Below, one piece after another: positions 44,222-55,995 of a stretch of DNA of 64,000 nt; position 1 is the stretch's first letter; each line of letters opens with the position of its first letter. The stretch lies in assembly GCF_001194135.2 (NCBI RefSeq), contig NC_068984.1, positions 81,852,389-81,916,388 on the forward strand. Reading direction: 5' to 3'. The translations under genes and the position numbers were made by a program. The notes under the pieces are model-generated. The model made no database searches and was not told the DNA's origin. It saw only the letters and a program-made list of their open reading frames with translations. The stretch is from Octopus bimaculoides. Its lineage: Eukaryota.

Positions 44222-44960
44222 ATGAGTAAATAAAAAAAGCAGTAGTCCCTGATCAAAAATGGTTCCTAAACCTCTGCAGCACATCTCATCATAAGAGCAG
44301 TCTTTCTCTACTCAATGAGAATTTTTTTTTTGTTTTGATTTTTGAGTTTTTGTCTCTATTTTTTTTTTTTTTTTCAGAAAGTGTGTTTAAAACTAAAAAA
44401 AAAAAATTTTAAAAGCAAACACATAAAAACAGCAATGATGAAAATATTTAAATACTCCTTCCACAAATCCCTTTTTTTTTTCTTCTTTTATTTATCTATT
44501 TATTCTTTAAATGGACTGGCAGTAATTTAAATGAGATTTGCTTTTGGCAAAGTTGTGAAACCTGAAGTTTTGCACTTTCCTTAAGTTTTTTTTGTTTTTA
44601 TACTTATTATTTAATGATGATTATTTAATCTATTAAATTTACATTTATTGAGGATTAATCTATAATTGGACAAAGTCAGAAAATATAAACATATATTTAT
44701 TAGTTGGCTTAAGCAGTTTGTTTGTGAGCCTTTGCCTTGCTCTACTGTTGCCTTACATTCCAATGATTTTCGGTAAAACTCTACTTTCGGCTTGCTTTCT
44801 TTGTTTTTTTTTCTTTTTCCATCCTCTAGTAATAATACATTCCGTTAAAGTGTAGTTATACATTAGCTTCATATATTTTCCAGCATGGAAAAAACAGACA
44901 TAAAATGAATGAATGAACAAATATATATATAAAGCTAGAATGTAACTACACATATATATG

Positions 44961-44991
<31 letters not shown>

Positions 44992-45267
44992 GTTCATGTC
45001 ACACTAAGAAGCAGTGCACAGTATAGGAATTAGTGTCTCCATAAGTGGAATGTAAACCAGCCAATTTGTATTGGCATCAAGTCATATAAGTTGTAATAAT
45101 GAAATTAAATCTAATTTTGAAATGTTTTAACTGAAGAAGGTTTACCTAATGGATGCATTTCCTATTATGTATTATGCAAACCTGAAATGTATGTATTAAA
45201 TGATTTCAGAATGTCACTATTACGTTTGACTTCATTATCATAACACACACACACACATATATATATA

Positions 45268-45326
<59 letters not shown>

Positions 45327-47640
45327 CTAAAGTAATAAGTGTAACTACACTCATATNNNNNNNNNNNNNNNNNNNNNNNNNNNNNNNNNNNNNNNNNNNN
45401 NNNNNNNNNNNNNNNNNNNNNNNNNNNNNNNNNNNNNNNNNNNNNNNNNNNNNNNNNNNNNNNNNNNNNNNNNNNNNNNNNNNNTATATATATATATATA
45501 TATATTGCTTGGTTTACAGCAGTTTGTGGAAATATGATTATTGCTTCAGTGAGTAAATTTCCATACAAATATTTAATATTGCTATTTGATTGAGCTGGGT
45601 CTTTTTATATAGATATTATTTACCCATTCTGATCATGTATACAATAAATAAAAGTGACATGGCAATGTTACTAAACCATCTTGGTTTATTAGCATACAAA
45701 CACATCTACGATGCTTTAAACCATTATAACAGCAATCTGAATTTATCTTAGTATACAACCCAGCTTTATCGTGCTTATATAGTTTCCATGTGACGCTTAA
45801 CTGGAATTAGCGAAAGTAGCTGGCCATAAAATTCTTGCTTCAACATTAATCATGTGAAATCTGAATTTTTCTGAAGCAACCAACAATCCTTTGCTCATAG
45901 AGATGGAAAATATTCAATTCTGATTTCATGTACAATTTCTGCTAACAGAAAATTTAATATTTCAATGTCTATATTTGTTGAGTCAACCAACTGTTTAGGT
46001 CTTGAAAATAATGCCATGAAGGCTGTAATATTTTAATTGAATTTGGTTATTGTGGTATTACAGTTATGTTTTCTTTGTTTTGCTTTTTGTTTTTTTCTTA
46101 TGTTACCCCAGTGTTATAAAAATCTTAATTCTTTGTTTGCAATTTTCGCACTTATATCAAAATTTGCTGATTACTATCCCTGCTTTTGTTTTAGATTATT
46201 TGTTCTAACAGCTACTTCAAGTGCTCTTCAAAAAATAGTTCTTGTCATATTTTTAGAGATAATTATTCAACTAAAAATCAAGGAGAAAACACATAATTTA
46301 CTATAAATTGCAAGTTTTGTTTATTCTTTTCTAAAATATTCAAATATTAAAGAAATAACAAAAAAACTTTCCATTTCAAAACTATTTTTTTAATTAAAAT
46401 TTCATGAAGCTTTGAAATTTGCATGTATTAATTTACTTTTTCTTTCCTCTTTTCTTACTCCTCCTTTCTATCTCTTCCTTATATGCCATGGTTGATTTTG
46501 GGAGCAGTGTTTCAGCTGTAAGAAATCTTCAAGGTTTTACTGTTATTATGGTGTGGGTTGTACACATGAAGGTCCACTTAATTCAAGCAAACATTAAAAT
46601 ACCAGTGATGAGATAAAATGATTATATGCTTTGTGTATTTAGAAGTAATTGGAAGTTGAAATGCAGGAAGAATTAACCCAGATTTTATCTTCTCAGAGAT
46701 AAAAGGAATAAATTAATTCAAGTTTTAGCCAAATTTCACTGACATAAATATTTCTTGCTCAACAGTTTACATCATTTGTTCACATTGGTTTACTGCAAAC
46801 TGACAGATTTTGAATTAGGTAAAGAACTTGTGTTATCTGATGGATTATGTCAGTCACTTCAGCAATCATACATGAGGTTGTATTTTAAAGTTGTATTAAT
46901 GGATCTGCATATTTTCTATGCTTAATGGAAAATATTAAGCCATCAGCTATTGATCATTTGTGTGATTTCTTTTCCTTGCTCTGAAAACTAGAAAGCAATA
47001 AATAAAATAAATTAGATTATAAGTATCAGTACAAATTTCAAATCCCCCATATCAGTTAAGAAACTTCTGGTATAATATCTGTTTCAAGTTTTCAGTCTGT
47101 ATTGTATTTGTGATGCTTTACAGAATATATTCTCTTTAACCAAAAATAAATGCCATATTAGTGTTCTTAGTTTAATTACCATTCTACTATAAATCAATAT
47201 TTACCACTCAGATGATAACCTTTTATGCATCTGCATTAAAATCAGTTACTACACTCACACTAACCTGCATAGGTTTCCTTAATCTGTCTCTATTTATCAC
47301 TGAAGATGGGTTCATTGTTAATGAACATCAATAGTATTTAAGTTGATTGTAGAACAATTTTAGCAGACACAAATTTACGGAGATTTGTCATCTGTTATAA
47401 AAATTGTATTATACTTGGTTGTGAGAATCACCTACCTATATTTGTATTTTCTTTTATAATTCTGTATTAACAGAACTTGGGGGGAAATATAGGTATATGT
47501 GAGCATCTATGCACATAAGTAGTATGTGTGTCTATGCCTTTAGAATTTATAACTGACATGATAAAGAAAAAAAAGGTAATAACAAAGATACTTGATCTCA
47601 AAAATCACAAACCTCTTTGTTATGCTTCAATAAATGTTAT
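44222..47640 (+). other. Probable SNX4 3' UTR with several AATAAA signals
   Basis: AATAAA near 44227, 45647, 46706, 47000, 47145 and 47628; AU-rich, TE-poor, CpG-poor. The end point is uncertain. Confidence 0.4.
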
Positions 47641-48949
47641 TTGTCAGATATTTTCTTTGTGTTTGTTTATTTCTTATCTTAACATCCATTGCCAATGTAA
47701 TTTAACTATATATATATATATATATATTTGTCAAAGAGGACAACAAATGCTAAGGCAAGACAAACATCTCAAGTTATATATGTTATTATTAAAAAATTTT
47801 AAGTCAGATCTGTTCAATCTCAAGCACAGATTAAAATTTTTTTTTTAACGAAACAGTTTGAAACTTCGGATACTGGTTGAATGTGTCACATAGAACATGG
47901 TTTACTTTTATCATTTTTGACAAAATTCTGTATTTTAGTAGTTATTTCATGTTAAAGTTATCGTATTTGGGTAATTTTAACCAATCAATGATGTATATTC
48001 AGCTGAAGAAAGTTACTGCTGCTGTTTGCGAACAACAACTTACAACTCATTATTTTAACAAAATTATTACTGAGACAGTCCAACGATGTAGCCTGTATGT
48101 GGTTGCACGACCTGCTAGAAAAAGTAGCCAAACTTTTTTATATACAGAATAGAAAAACCTTTATCCTGTGATATACAGGAAGAAAGACGGAATGGTTACA
48201 GTTGAAAAGTCTTGGATCATAACTGTTCAATCAGATCCAACTCAGGACTAAACAACAGGTGACGAAGGGAACGAGACGAGGCAACGAGAGAGCCTTTACC
48301 TGGTTGCTCGAGTTGCTAGAAAGAGCAATCAAATCTTCCGGACAAAAAGAAAAATAAATTTCCGTCTTCAAGAAAAAAAAAACTAAAGCAAATTTATATT
48401 ATTTTATAATGTTCACTTAGGGAATTCATTACTTCTAGAAAAGAATAAGACAAAATGGTCATGGCTGGAACGTCTTTTTACACAGATCCATTACAATCAG
48501 AGCTATCCTGTGGTTAAAAAAATATTCTTCACTGAATGATGAAGCCGCTAAAGTTAAAGAAAAGTTGAAAGACTAAAAGATAGCAAATATCCATATTCCA
48601 AATATTGGGATTCCCTTGACCAGTGTAATTTATACAGATTTTCGTATGAAATAAATAGAAAATGTTATGGGAACTTTGTACATATTATGGCTAATATCCA
48701 GTGTTGTATGAGAGTAGTTTCATGGATCTTGTCAATCTAAGTCACAGATTTTTTAATTACTTTTTTTTAACAAAACAGTTTGAAACTTCAGATACTGGTT
48801 GAATGTGTCAGAGGTTTTTCTATTCTGTATATAAAAAAGTTTGGCTACTTTTTCTAGCAGGTCATGCACTCAAATCAACCCTGATACAGCAAACCTATCA
48901 TCAAAGACATTCCAGCCTTCAGCAAACCATCTTTTTAGGGATAATCTAG

Positions 48950-49425
48950 GACGTTATGTTTCTACCGCTGGATGCCCTTCCTAACGCCAACCACTCAGAG
49001 GCCAGTCAGGCGGTACTGGCAACAGCCACGCTCAAAATGGTGTATCTTACGTGCCACCTGCACAGGAGCCAGTTCGGCGGCACTGGCAACGATCTCACTC
49101 GGATGTCTTTACAAGTGCCAGGAAGGCGATGCTGGGCACAGGTGCCATTGACGGTTTCGCTTTCGCTTGCCCCAATAGGTCTTCGCAAGCCGAGTTTCGT
49201 TTCCAAAGAAGGAGACGACATTGGCATGGGTGCTAGTCGTCGAATTTAATTGGATTTCGATTTCACTTGCCTCAACAGGTCTTCGCAAGCGGAGTCTAGT
49301 GTCCAATGAAGGAAGGTATGTATAAGTGGGCTGCCTGAGGCCTTCGATTTAGGTCTCACTTGGCTTGCCGGGTCTTCTCACGCACAGCATATTTCCAAAG
49401 GTCTTGGTCAGAAGTCATCACCTGA
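48950..49425 (-). mobile_element. RTE LINE 3' end and UTR
   Basis: RT C-terminus (DLWKYAVREKTRQAK*), internally repeated UTR units, same AGGAAGGGCATCCAGC tail as the (GAT)n SINE. Confidence 0.7.
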
Positions 49426-49439
49426 CCGAGGTGTGTGCT

Positions 49440-49631
49440 GGGAGCATTCAACATGGCACTAACATGAGTACTTTTATGTGGTACTAGCACAATTGCTTTT
49501 CATATGGCACCTGCAAAGGTCCCTTGCAGGCCACTCCTCTTCACCAGGAGATGCAACCTTAAGATTTCAGATGTGGAGGACGGGACTTCTTGAATACAGC
49601 AAAGTGCCAGGTACCTCAATCCTTTGCCATC

Positions 49632-49667
<36 letters not shown>

Positions 49668-51460
49668 NNNNNNNNNNNNNNNNNNNNNNNNNNNNNNNNN
49701 NNNNNNNNNNNNNNNNNNNNNNNNNNNNNNNNNNNNNNNNNNNNNNNNNNNNNNNNNNNNNNNNNNNGATTGCTGGGAAACAATCAGGACCAGCAGTTGA
49801 GTTTGCGTCCACCTCATCTATAGCTAACAGTATATCTTCTTCGCTAATATCGATGTATTCCATCGTAACTGCCACTTTTGAACTGGTAATTCAGTACCTC
49901 ACTGATTCTGGTTGGACTATCTATGAGGGAGCCATCCTTTTGGAAGAAGGTGTCCTATCTTGCAGCGTGCTGATGCTGTTTCTTTGGCGTAATGAAAGAA
50001 GGCCTTTGGGTTTGACTTAACGTTTTTTATAACCCAGGCTTCTTTGTCTGCTCTTTCCCTCATATAGGACTGTTGCAGGCTTTTTTCAATTTCCATCAGT
50101 GTTGTTTTTAGGCAGGACCTTTCGTTACTTTTGGGATGTTGGTTGAGGCGATTTGCAACCTTCGCCCGTCGTCTCATGAGGATCATCCTCTCCCTTGGAA
50201 TTTTCTTCCTATTTGTTGTGACCTTGTGCTCTGGAGCATATTTCTGGCATATGGCTTGCACAACAGATATGAAATATTCTAGTTTCATGCCAATGTCTGG
50301 TGTGGAGAGTCATTTCGGACAGTCCTGTCTGCGGATCTCTTTTTGGATCTGCTTTGTGGAAGTACAGATTGGAGAGATTTCGGGTGCTTCCTTTAGGCTG
50401 TATGTCTCTAGCTACCTTTGGCCCAAACATAGACAGGTCTATTATGTTGTGATCCGAGACTAATGTCGGCTTCACTTTCACATCATGAATGATGTCTATA
50501 TTGTTCGTGAAGCAGAGATCCAAAATGTTATTCGCCCTAGTTGGTCTGAGTACAACTTGCTCTATGAATAGGGCATTGGTGAGGTTAAGCAAGGACTCCA
50601 CCTGTGCTTGTTTGCAATGAGTCATTCCTGAGAGCAGGAGTCCTTCGGGCCATTTGACGTTGAGGAAGTAGCTATCACCCATAAGAAATATGCCCACGTG
50701 GTGTTCCAGTTTCATAAGGATTTCTTTAATTCTTGTGAAGCAATCTTCAAACTTGCCTATGTGGTTTGGAGCATCCGGTGGGCAATACGTATTGCATATG
50801 ACTATAGTGTATTGTCTTATGTATACAATTGGAGTGTCACATACCGAATTTGAGTATGACAGTAAGACCTGGAGTGTGAGGTCGTCACGGATGTATACAG
50901 CAACTCCACCATGGCTCCTTTCCTTTCTGTCTGTTCGCAGTAGGGCATATTTTGGTACGTGTATTTCTTCATCCTCTACATCAGGGCTGAGGTGAGTGTC
51001 CACGAGTGCTATTGATAGGGCTTGATTGCATGCAGCAAGGTCTCGTAGGAAAAAATTTTTGCTTTTGTTATGATGCAACAGGACCCCAATATTTAGTAAA
51101 AATATTGGCGTGACGTCTGTGCAGCCGTTAGGGGAGGCCATCCTGTGTCTGTTGACTGTGGTGGTTTTGCGCAGTGGCGGACAAGATTCCTTGTTTGCGC
51201 TTGGTGTAGCCAGATCAGCTGCTGCACAATCTTTTGTGCCATGCACAAAAGAGACTCTTGCTCAGCTGCTGCCTTGTGCATAACCTCCGAAGAGCGCACT
51301 TCTTTTCTATAGTTTTTCCTTGGGAACGATTTTTGTCTTTTCTCATGGAAGCTTTTCTCCTTCAGGCCCCTGTAGTTTTGGCGGGGTCTCGGGTGAGCAA
51401 ACCGGCAGTTTTTGCCGTCTTCCCCATGCCAACAGTGACAATTAGTTGGTTGTCAATATA
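49440..51460 (-). mobile_element. CR1/L2-type LINE: ORF1 end, APE endonuclease, RT start
   Basis: ORF 50209-51246 (DTHL, RTDR...GGVAVY, MGDS, PTRANNILDLCFTN, SDHN); DEVDANSTAGPDCFPA at 49770-49875. Confidence 0.88.
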
Positions 51461-51959
51461 AAACTCAGAGTTTCGGATACCGGGGCTGAAAATTGGTCCG
51501 GCATCTCATCATAAGTTATTAATAACTGATGAGATGCCGGCGCATTTTTCNNNNNNNNNNNNNNNNNNNNNNNNNNNNNNNNNNNNNNNNNNNNNNNNNN
51601 NNNNNNNNNNNNNNNNNNNNNNNNNNNNNNNNNNNNNNNNNNNNNNNNNNNNNNNNNNNNNNNNNNNNNNNNNNNNNNNNNNNNNNNNNNNNNNNNNNNN
51701 NNNNNNNNNNNNNNNNNNNNNNNNNNNNNNNNNNNNNNNNNNNNNNNNNNNNNNNNNNNNNNNNNNNNNNNNNNNNNNNNNNNNNNNNNNNNNNNNNNNN
51801 NNNNNNNNNNNNNNNNNNNNNNNNNNNNNNNNNNGTAGCTATATATGGAAAAAAAGACAAAGTAGAAAATGCTAAAATACTTTTATAAAGAACATTACAG
51901 AACCAGTTTCGATCCTTGAGATCTTTTCAACAGTAAATATGAATAATAGATTTTTGAAA

Positions 51960-52520
51960 AATTATTGAAACTATGTTGGCCCTATAGGGAACCTTTGTAC
52001 TCAGTCGCCTGGACTACTGGCTCCAGTTATGGTCACCACATAGTGCCAAACTAACAGCGGAGCTTGAAGCAGTCCAAGCCACTACACTGAAACGATTGAA
52101 ACAGTACAGTGGATGAGCTACAGCCAAAGGCTGAATAAAATTGCAACTTCACTCCCTGAAGCAAAGGCGCGACAGATGTGTAATAATCTACATATTGAAA
52201 ACTCTATAAGGGCTAGTACCTAATTTCGGCATTGAGTGTTATACAAATGCCTTACTCCATATAAATTCAGGACCAAGTACTGCAATAGACTGGAGTTCAA
52301 AAGCCCACAGCTCGTCAATGCCCTGCCACGATAATTAAAAATTCTGCATAAGGTGGAAGTAGATATTTTCAGAAGGGAACTAGACATCCTCCTCTCCACA
52401 ATACCGGATGAACCAACAGCCCGACATGAGGTACAGACCAGAGCAGCAGAATCAAACTCCCTTACACACCAAATAGGCCAACAACTGAGACGAAGGCACA
52501 TACAGGAGTGGTGATGGGAA
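51960..52520 (+). mobile_element. CR1/L2-type LINE 3' end
   Basis: SRLDY..QLWSPH...LEAVQ, QRLNK, QLVNALP...LDILLSTIPDEP. Confidence 0.8.
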
Positions 52521-52595
52521 ACACCCCAGACTGAGGAAATCAGCAAGACTACGATGATGCTCCAGCATGATCGTAGCCTCATAGTTGAAACGACC

Positions 52596-52626
<31 letters not shown>

Positions 52627-52774
52627 NNNNNNNNNNNNNNNNNNNNNNNNNNNNNNNNNNNNNNNNNNNNNNNNTGAATGTGTGTGTGTGTGTAATGTGC
52701 TTAACATCTAAAAAATGCTAGATCTAGCAATAAAAATGCTAATTTTGTAGCAATATACGGAAGTGTCAGCTCAC

Positions 52775-55074
52775 CCACTTCAGAATATATGTACAATGTC
52801 ACCTATACATAATTAACTAATTAATTATTTAGTTTTGATAACTTATTCTACTGCGTTAGAAAGAACACGCATATTATCAGGTTTCAAAGTATGTATCTAT
52901 CGCTAATTGAATGACATCTACGCTAAAAACAGTTATTCCTTCAGTCAGATGCAATTTTCAAGACATTTTTGATATGATGGGAACTAAGTCAATGATAAAA
53001 TATATGACTTTATTTCTGGTACCGCAGATACAATTTTCAAGACTCTTTTAATAAGATGGAAACTATTTCAATAATAAAAAATATAACTTCTAGTACTAAT
53101 TCAATGACTAAAAATATCGACTTACCATCTTTTACCTCAGTCTCAACAACTTTGTACGAGTATATCGGAACATCTGCAAGATAATATATTATAATTTTCT
53201 TATAATGTTTAATATTTCTTACGTAAATGTGGAAGCTGGGATTTGTCACGGTATGACAATGAAGGAAATTTAACAGTCATGATTTATCTCAACGTTATGA
53301 CAATCGCATATTTATGAAAATTTTATTACTGTAAATTGTTACATGGTTGCCGTAAAAACGAAAGTGTTTATCTGGTTTTGATGAAACCAATTATGAATAT
53401 GAGGATTTTCAGTGTCACCTTTTAATTAATCTTTTATATTATGTATCTGTTCAAATGTGATACACAGATTGCTATTTCAAACTAATACTGCTTCCGTTAC
53501 ACATAACGAATTTTATATTCACGTTGTCGGTCAACGTCGACATCAGTGGTTTTTACAATCATTAATTTGTCTTATCAGTAACGGCAGAGTTTGCTTTAGC
53601 ATGTGATTATCAGTGGATACTTCTACTGACCAGACCCAAAGAGGTACTGATATATCGTCTGGTACTGGTATATCGTCTAGTACTGATATATTTTTGTGAT
53701 TTTTAACACCGTACATCTATAAGAAATACTATCTCAGAATGCATATGCTTATATCCATTTTCATACAAAATTTACTCAACTGCTTCTGCTGTAATATAGT
53801 GTTTTGCGTCAAACATCATGAAATAGATATATTACTGTGGTAATAATTACTGTTATTATTACTACTCACAGTTATTTCCATCAACTCGCCAGTCAGTCTA
53901 AAATGAGGTTTTGGAATGATATTTAAACTGGGCTGATTCCTGATCAGCAAAGTTCACGACTAAAATAACTAATGACGGATATCATACCTTCGTTCTTAGA
54001 AGAGTAAATCTTATTTACGGCCAATCATTTCCAGTCTTCTGTATTCAGCAATTTCGTCAGTTCGATAACCAGAATCACTACATTTGAACTTTTGTAGGAT
54101 TTCTATTCCTGATCAGGTTTCACAATTTTCACGCAAGACTTGTGAAAAGAAGTCTACATGAAGGATATCTTTCTAGGATACGATAATGACTAATAAATGA
54201 ATTCGATCTTTAATTATATTACTGTCTTCGCTGTCGGCAGTAGTCGTCCAGCTATGTAACTTGTCTTCTAAAGAAAACAGTTTTGAGTCACAATGTTAAA
54301 ATGATAACTAATGAAGATGAGAATATCTAAATATCAACTTACTACTTGGTTGTTCAAGAACACGTGGTTGTTCAAGAGCACGTTTTGCATATTTCTGATT
54401 ATCTATAATCGAAAGAAATATGATTTTTTAGAAAAGAAAATGACATATCACTTAGCTAATAATTATTAATTTTATTGTTTCTGTTTAGGATAGGAGATGG
54501 TTAAATCTATGAAGCTGCGGGGTTATTTAATTACATTAATATATTAAGCATATCAACAGTTATGGATGGTAGAAATGGTAAATCACTGGATTTTATGCCG
54601 AAATGCTAGAATGAATATCAATTTACACCTTACTACTTTACGTGTACCTTTTGTGTATTTTCGAACATCTACAGTTCGAAACAAATATTGTAAGACATTA
54701 AAAAAAAAAACATAGCTAATTATGTTTCTGTTTAGGATAATAAATGGTTGAATCTGGAAAATCATAGGTTATTTAATTGCATTAACATTAGGCATCCTTT
54801 CAAGGGCAATGGGTGGTAAAATTGGTAAAACGCTGTAATTATTCAACTTTCGCTCCTCAACAGTTTCATTTCATAATCATCTAGCCGGATTCGAAGTACG
54901 TATTCGTTAGCTGGTGTGTGACCTTTTTACAAGAGGCATTTCTGTCTCAAAATAGGCGCAAATTACAAGTTGTTGTTTAATGTGATAGAAAATGTTTTAA
55001 TGATTGGTAAATACATATTGACTTACTCTTTGTTGCTGTAGTCGTGAAAGTTTTATTCAATACGGTTTTAGGAG
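52775..55074 (-). CDS. Candidate micro-exon gene, product unknown (Thr/Lys-rich); possibly a pseudogene
   Basis: AG/GT-bounded exons 55074-55027 (48 nt), 54668-54634 (35), 54402- or 54394-54343 (60/52), 54267-54223 (45), 53897-53870 (28), 53173-53126 (48), 52802-52775 (28). Donors gtaagt x3, gtaagg, gtaata, gtgagt, gtgagc; mostly phase 1-1. No homology recognised. Confidence 0.45.
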
Positions 55075-55377
55075 CTGGAACATATAACATTATTGTTTTG
55101 TGATAATGATAAGTATTTCAATGATTTAGTATTTACTACATAAATATAGAATCTGATAGGTTTCTTGCTATAAATTATCGCTAATTTGTACTATAAAAGA
55201 TAAAATAAAACAATGGGTTATATCTTGCCTTGCAAAATCAAATAACGAATATTAGGATGATGATTTGGAAGAAATGGCATAAAGGTCTGATAGTGTTTAG
55301 TGCTGCCTGAAATTAATCATATTTTACTTTCATTACCCTTTCTATAAACAATGTACAAAAGTAAGAGGAAATGTTCA

Positions 55378-55517
55378 CTGTGGGATAAGCCCGTTGTAGT
55401 TCGGGTTTCCGCCGCTAGAAACCATTTGATGCAACCCATGGGCATCAGTCTGCCGACCGACGTCGTCAAGTAAAGTCGTACTGACACGTGGTGCATCTTT
55501 GTTTTGCAGTGCTTCTC
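55378..55517 (+). mobile_element. 5' fragment of the same mariner family as 19847
   Basis: Aligns to 19880-20020 with CpGs intact. Confidence 0.8.
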
Positions 55518-55559
55518 ACAGGGGTGGGTGGGGGAACAGATCGAATAAACTATATTGTT

Positions 55560-55995
55560 GAAACCAACAGAACTTGCAGAATCGCTAGCACGTTAGTGGT
55601 AGTTCCTCATTCTAATGTTCTGAGTTCAAATTCCACAGAGGTCGACTTTGTTTTTCATCCTTTCGAGGTCGATAAAATACGTAACAGTTGCGTACTTGAG
55701 TCCATATAATCGACTAGACCCTCTCCCCACAAATTTTCAAGATTTGTACCCATAGTAGAAAGAATTAGTAAATCTAAGTTCAAGGCGGCAAGCTGGTGGA
55801 GTCATTACTGCATCGGACAAAATGCTTAGTGGTAATTCTTCTTGCTTTACGTTCTAAGTTCAAATCTCGCCGAGGTCGACTTTGTCTTTTACCTTTTCGG
55901 GGTCGATAAATAAGTACTACTTTTACACACACAAGGGTTGATGTAATTGACTCGTCCTTTTTGCCAAATTTCAGGTTTTGTGTCTATAGCAGAGA
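55560..55995 (+). mobile_element. Two head-to-tail family A SINEs
   Basis: Two heads (~55565, ~55780), each with GTTCAAAT and GAGGTCGACTTTG; another copy at 56990-57200. Confidence 0.8.

Noticed and set aside
54020-54172. KDILHVDFF...ENCET*SGIEILQKFKC as a selenocysteine exon
   Set aside because: No recognisable family or SECIS, and the phase does not fit neighbouring exons.
54480-54825. Two + strand signal-peptide-like exons (MKLRGYLITL..., KIIGYLIALTLGIL...)
   Set aside because: One is frameshifted and the other lacks an ATG; they are better explained as intron parts of the minus-strand duplicated unit.
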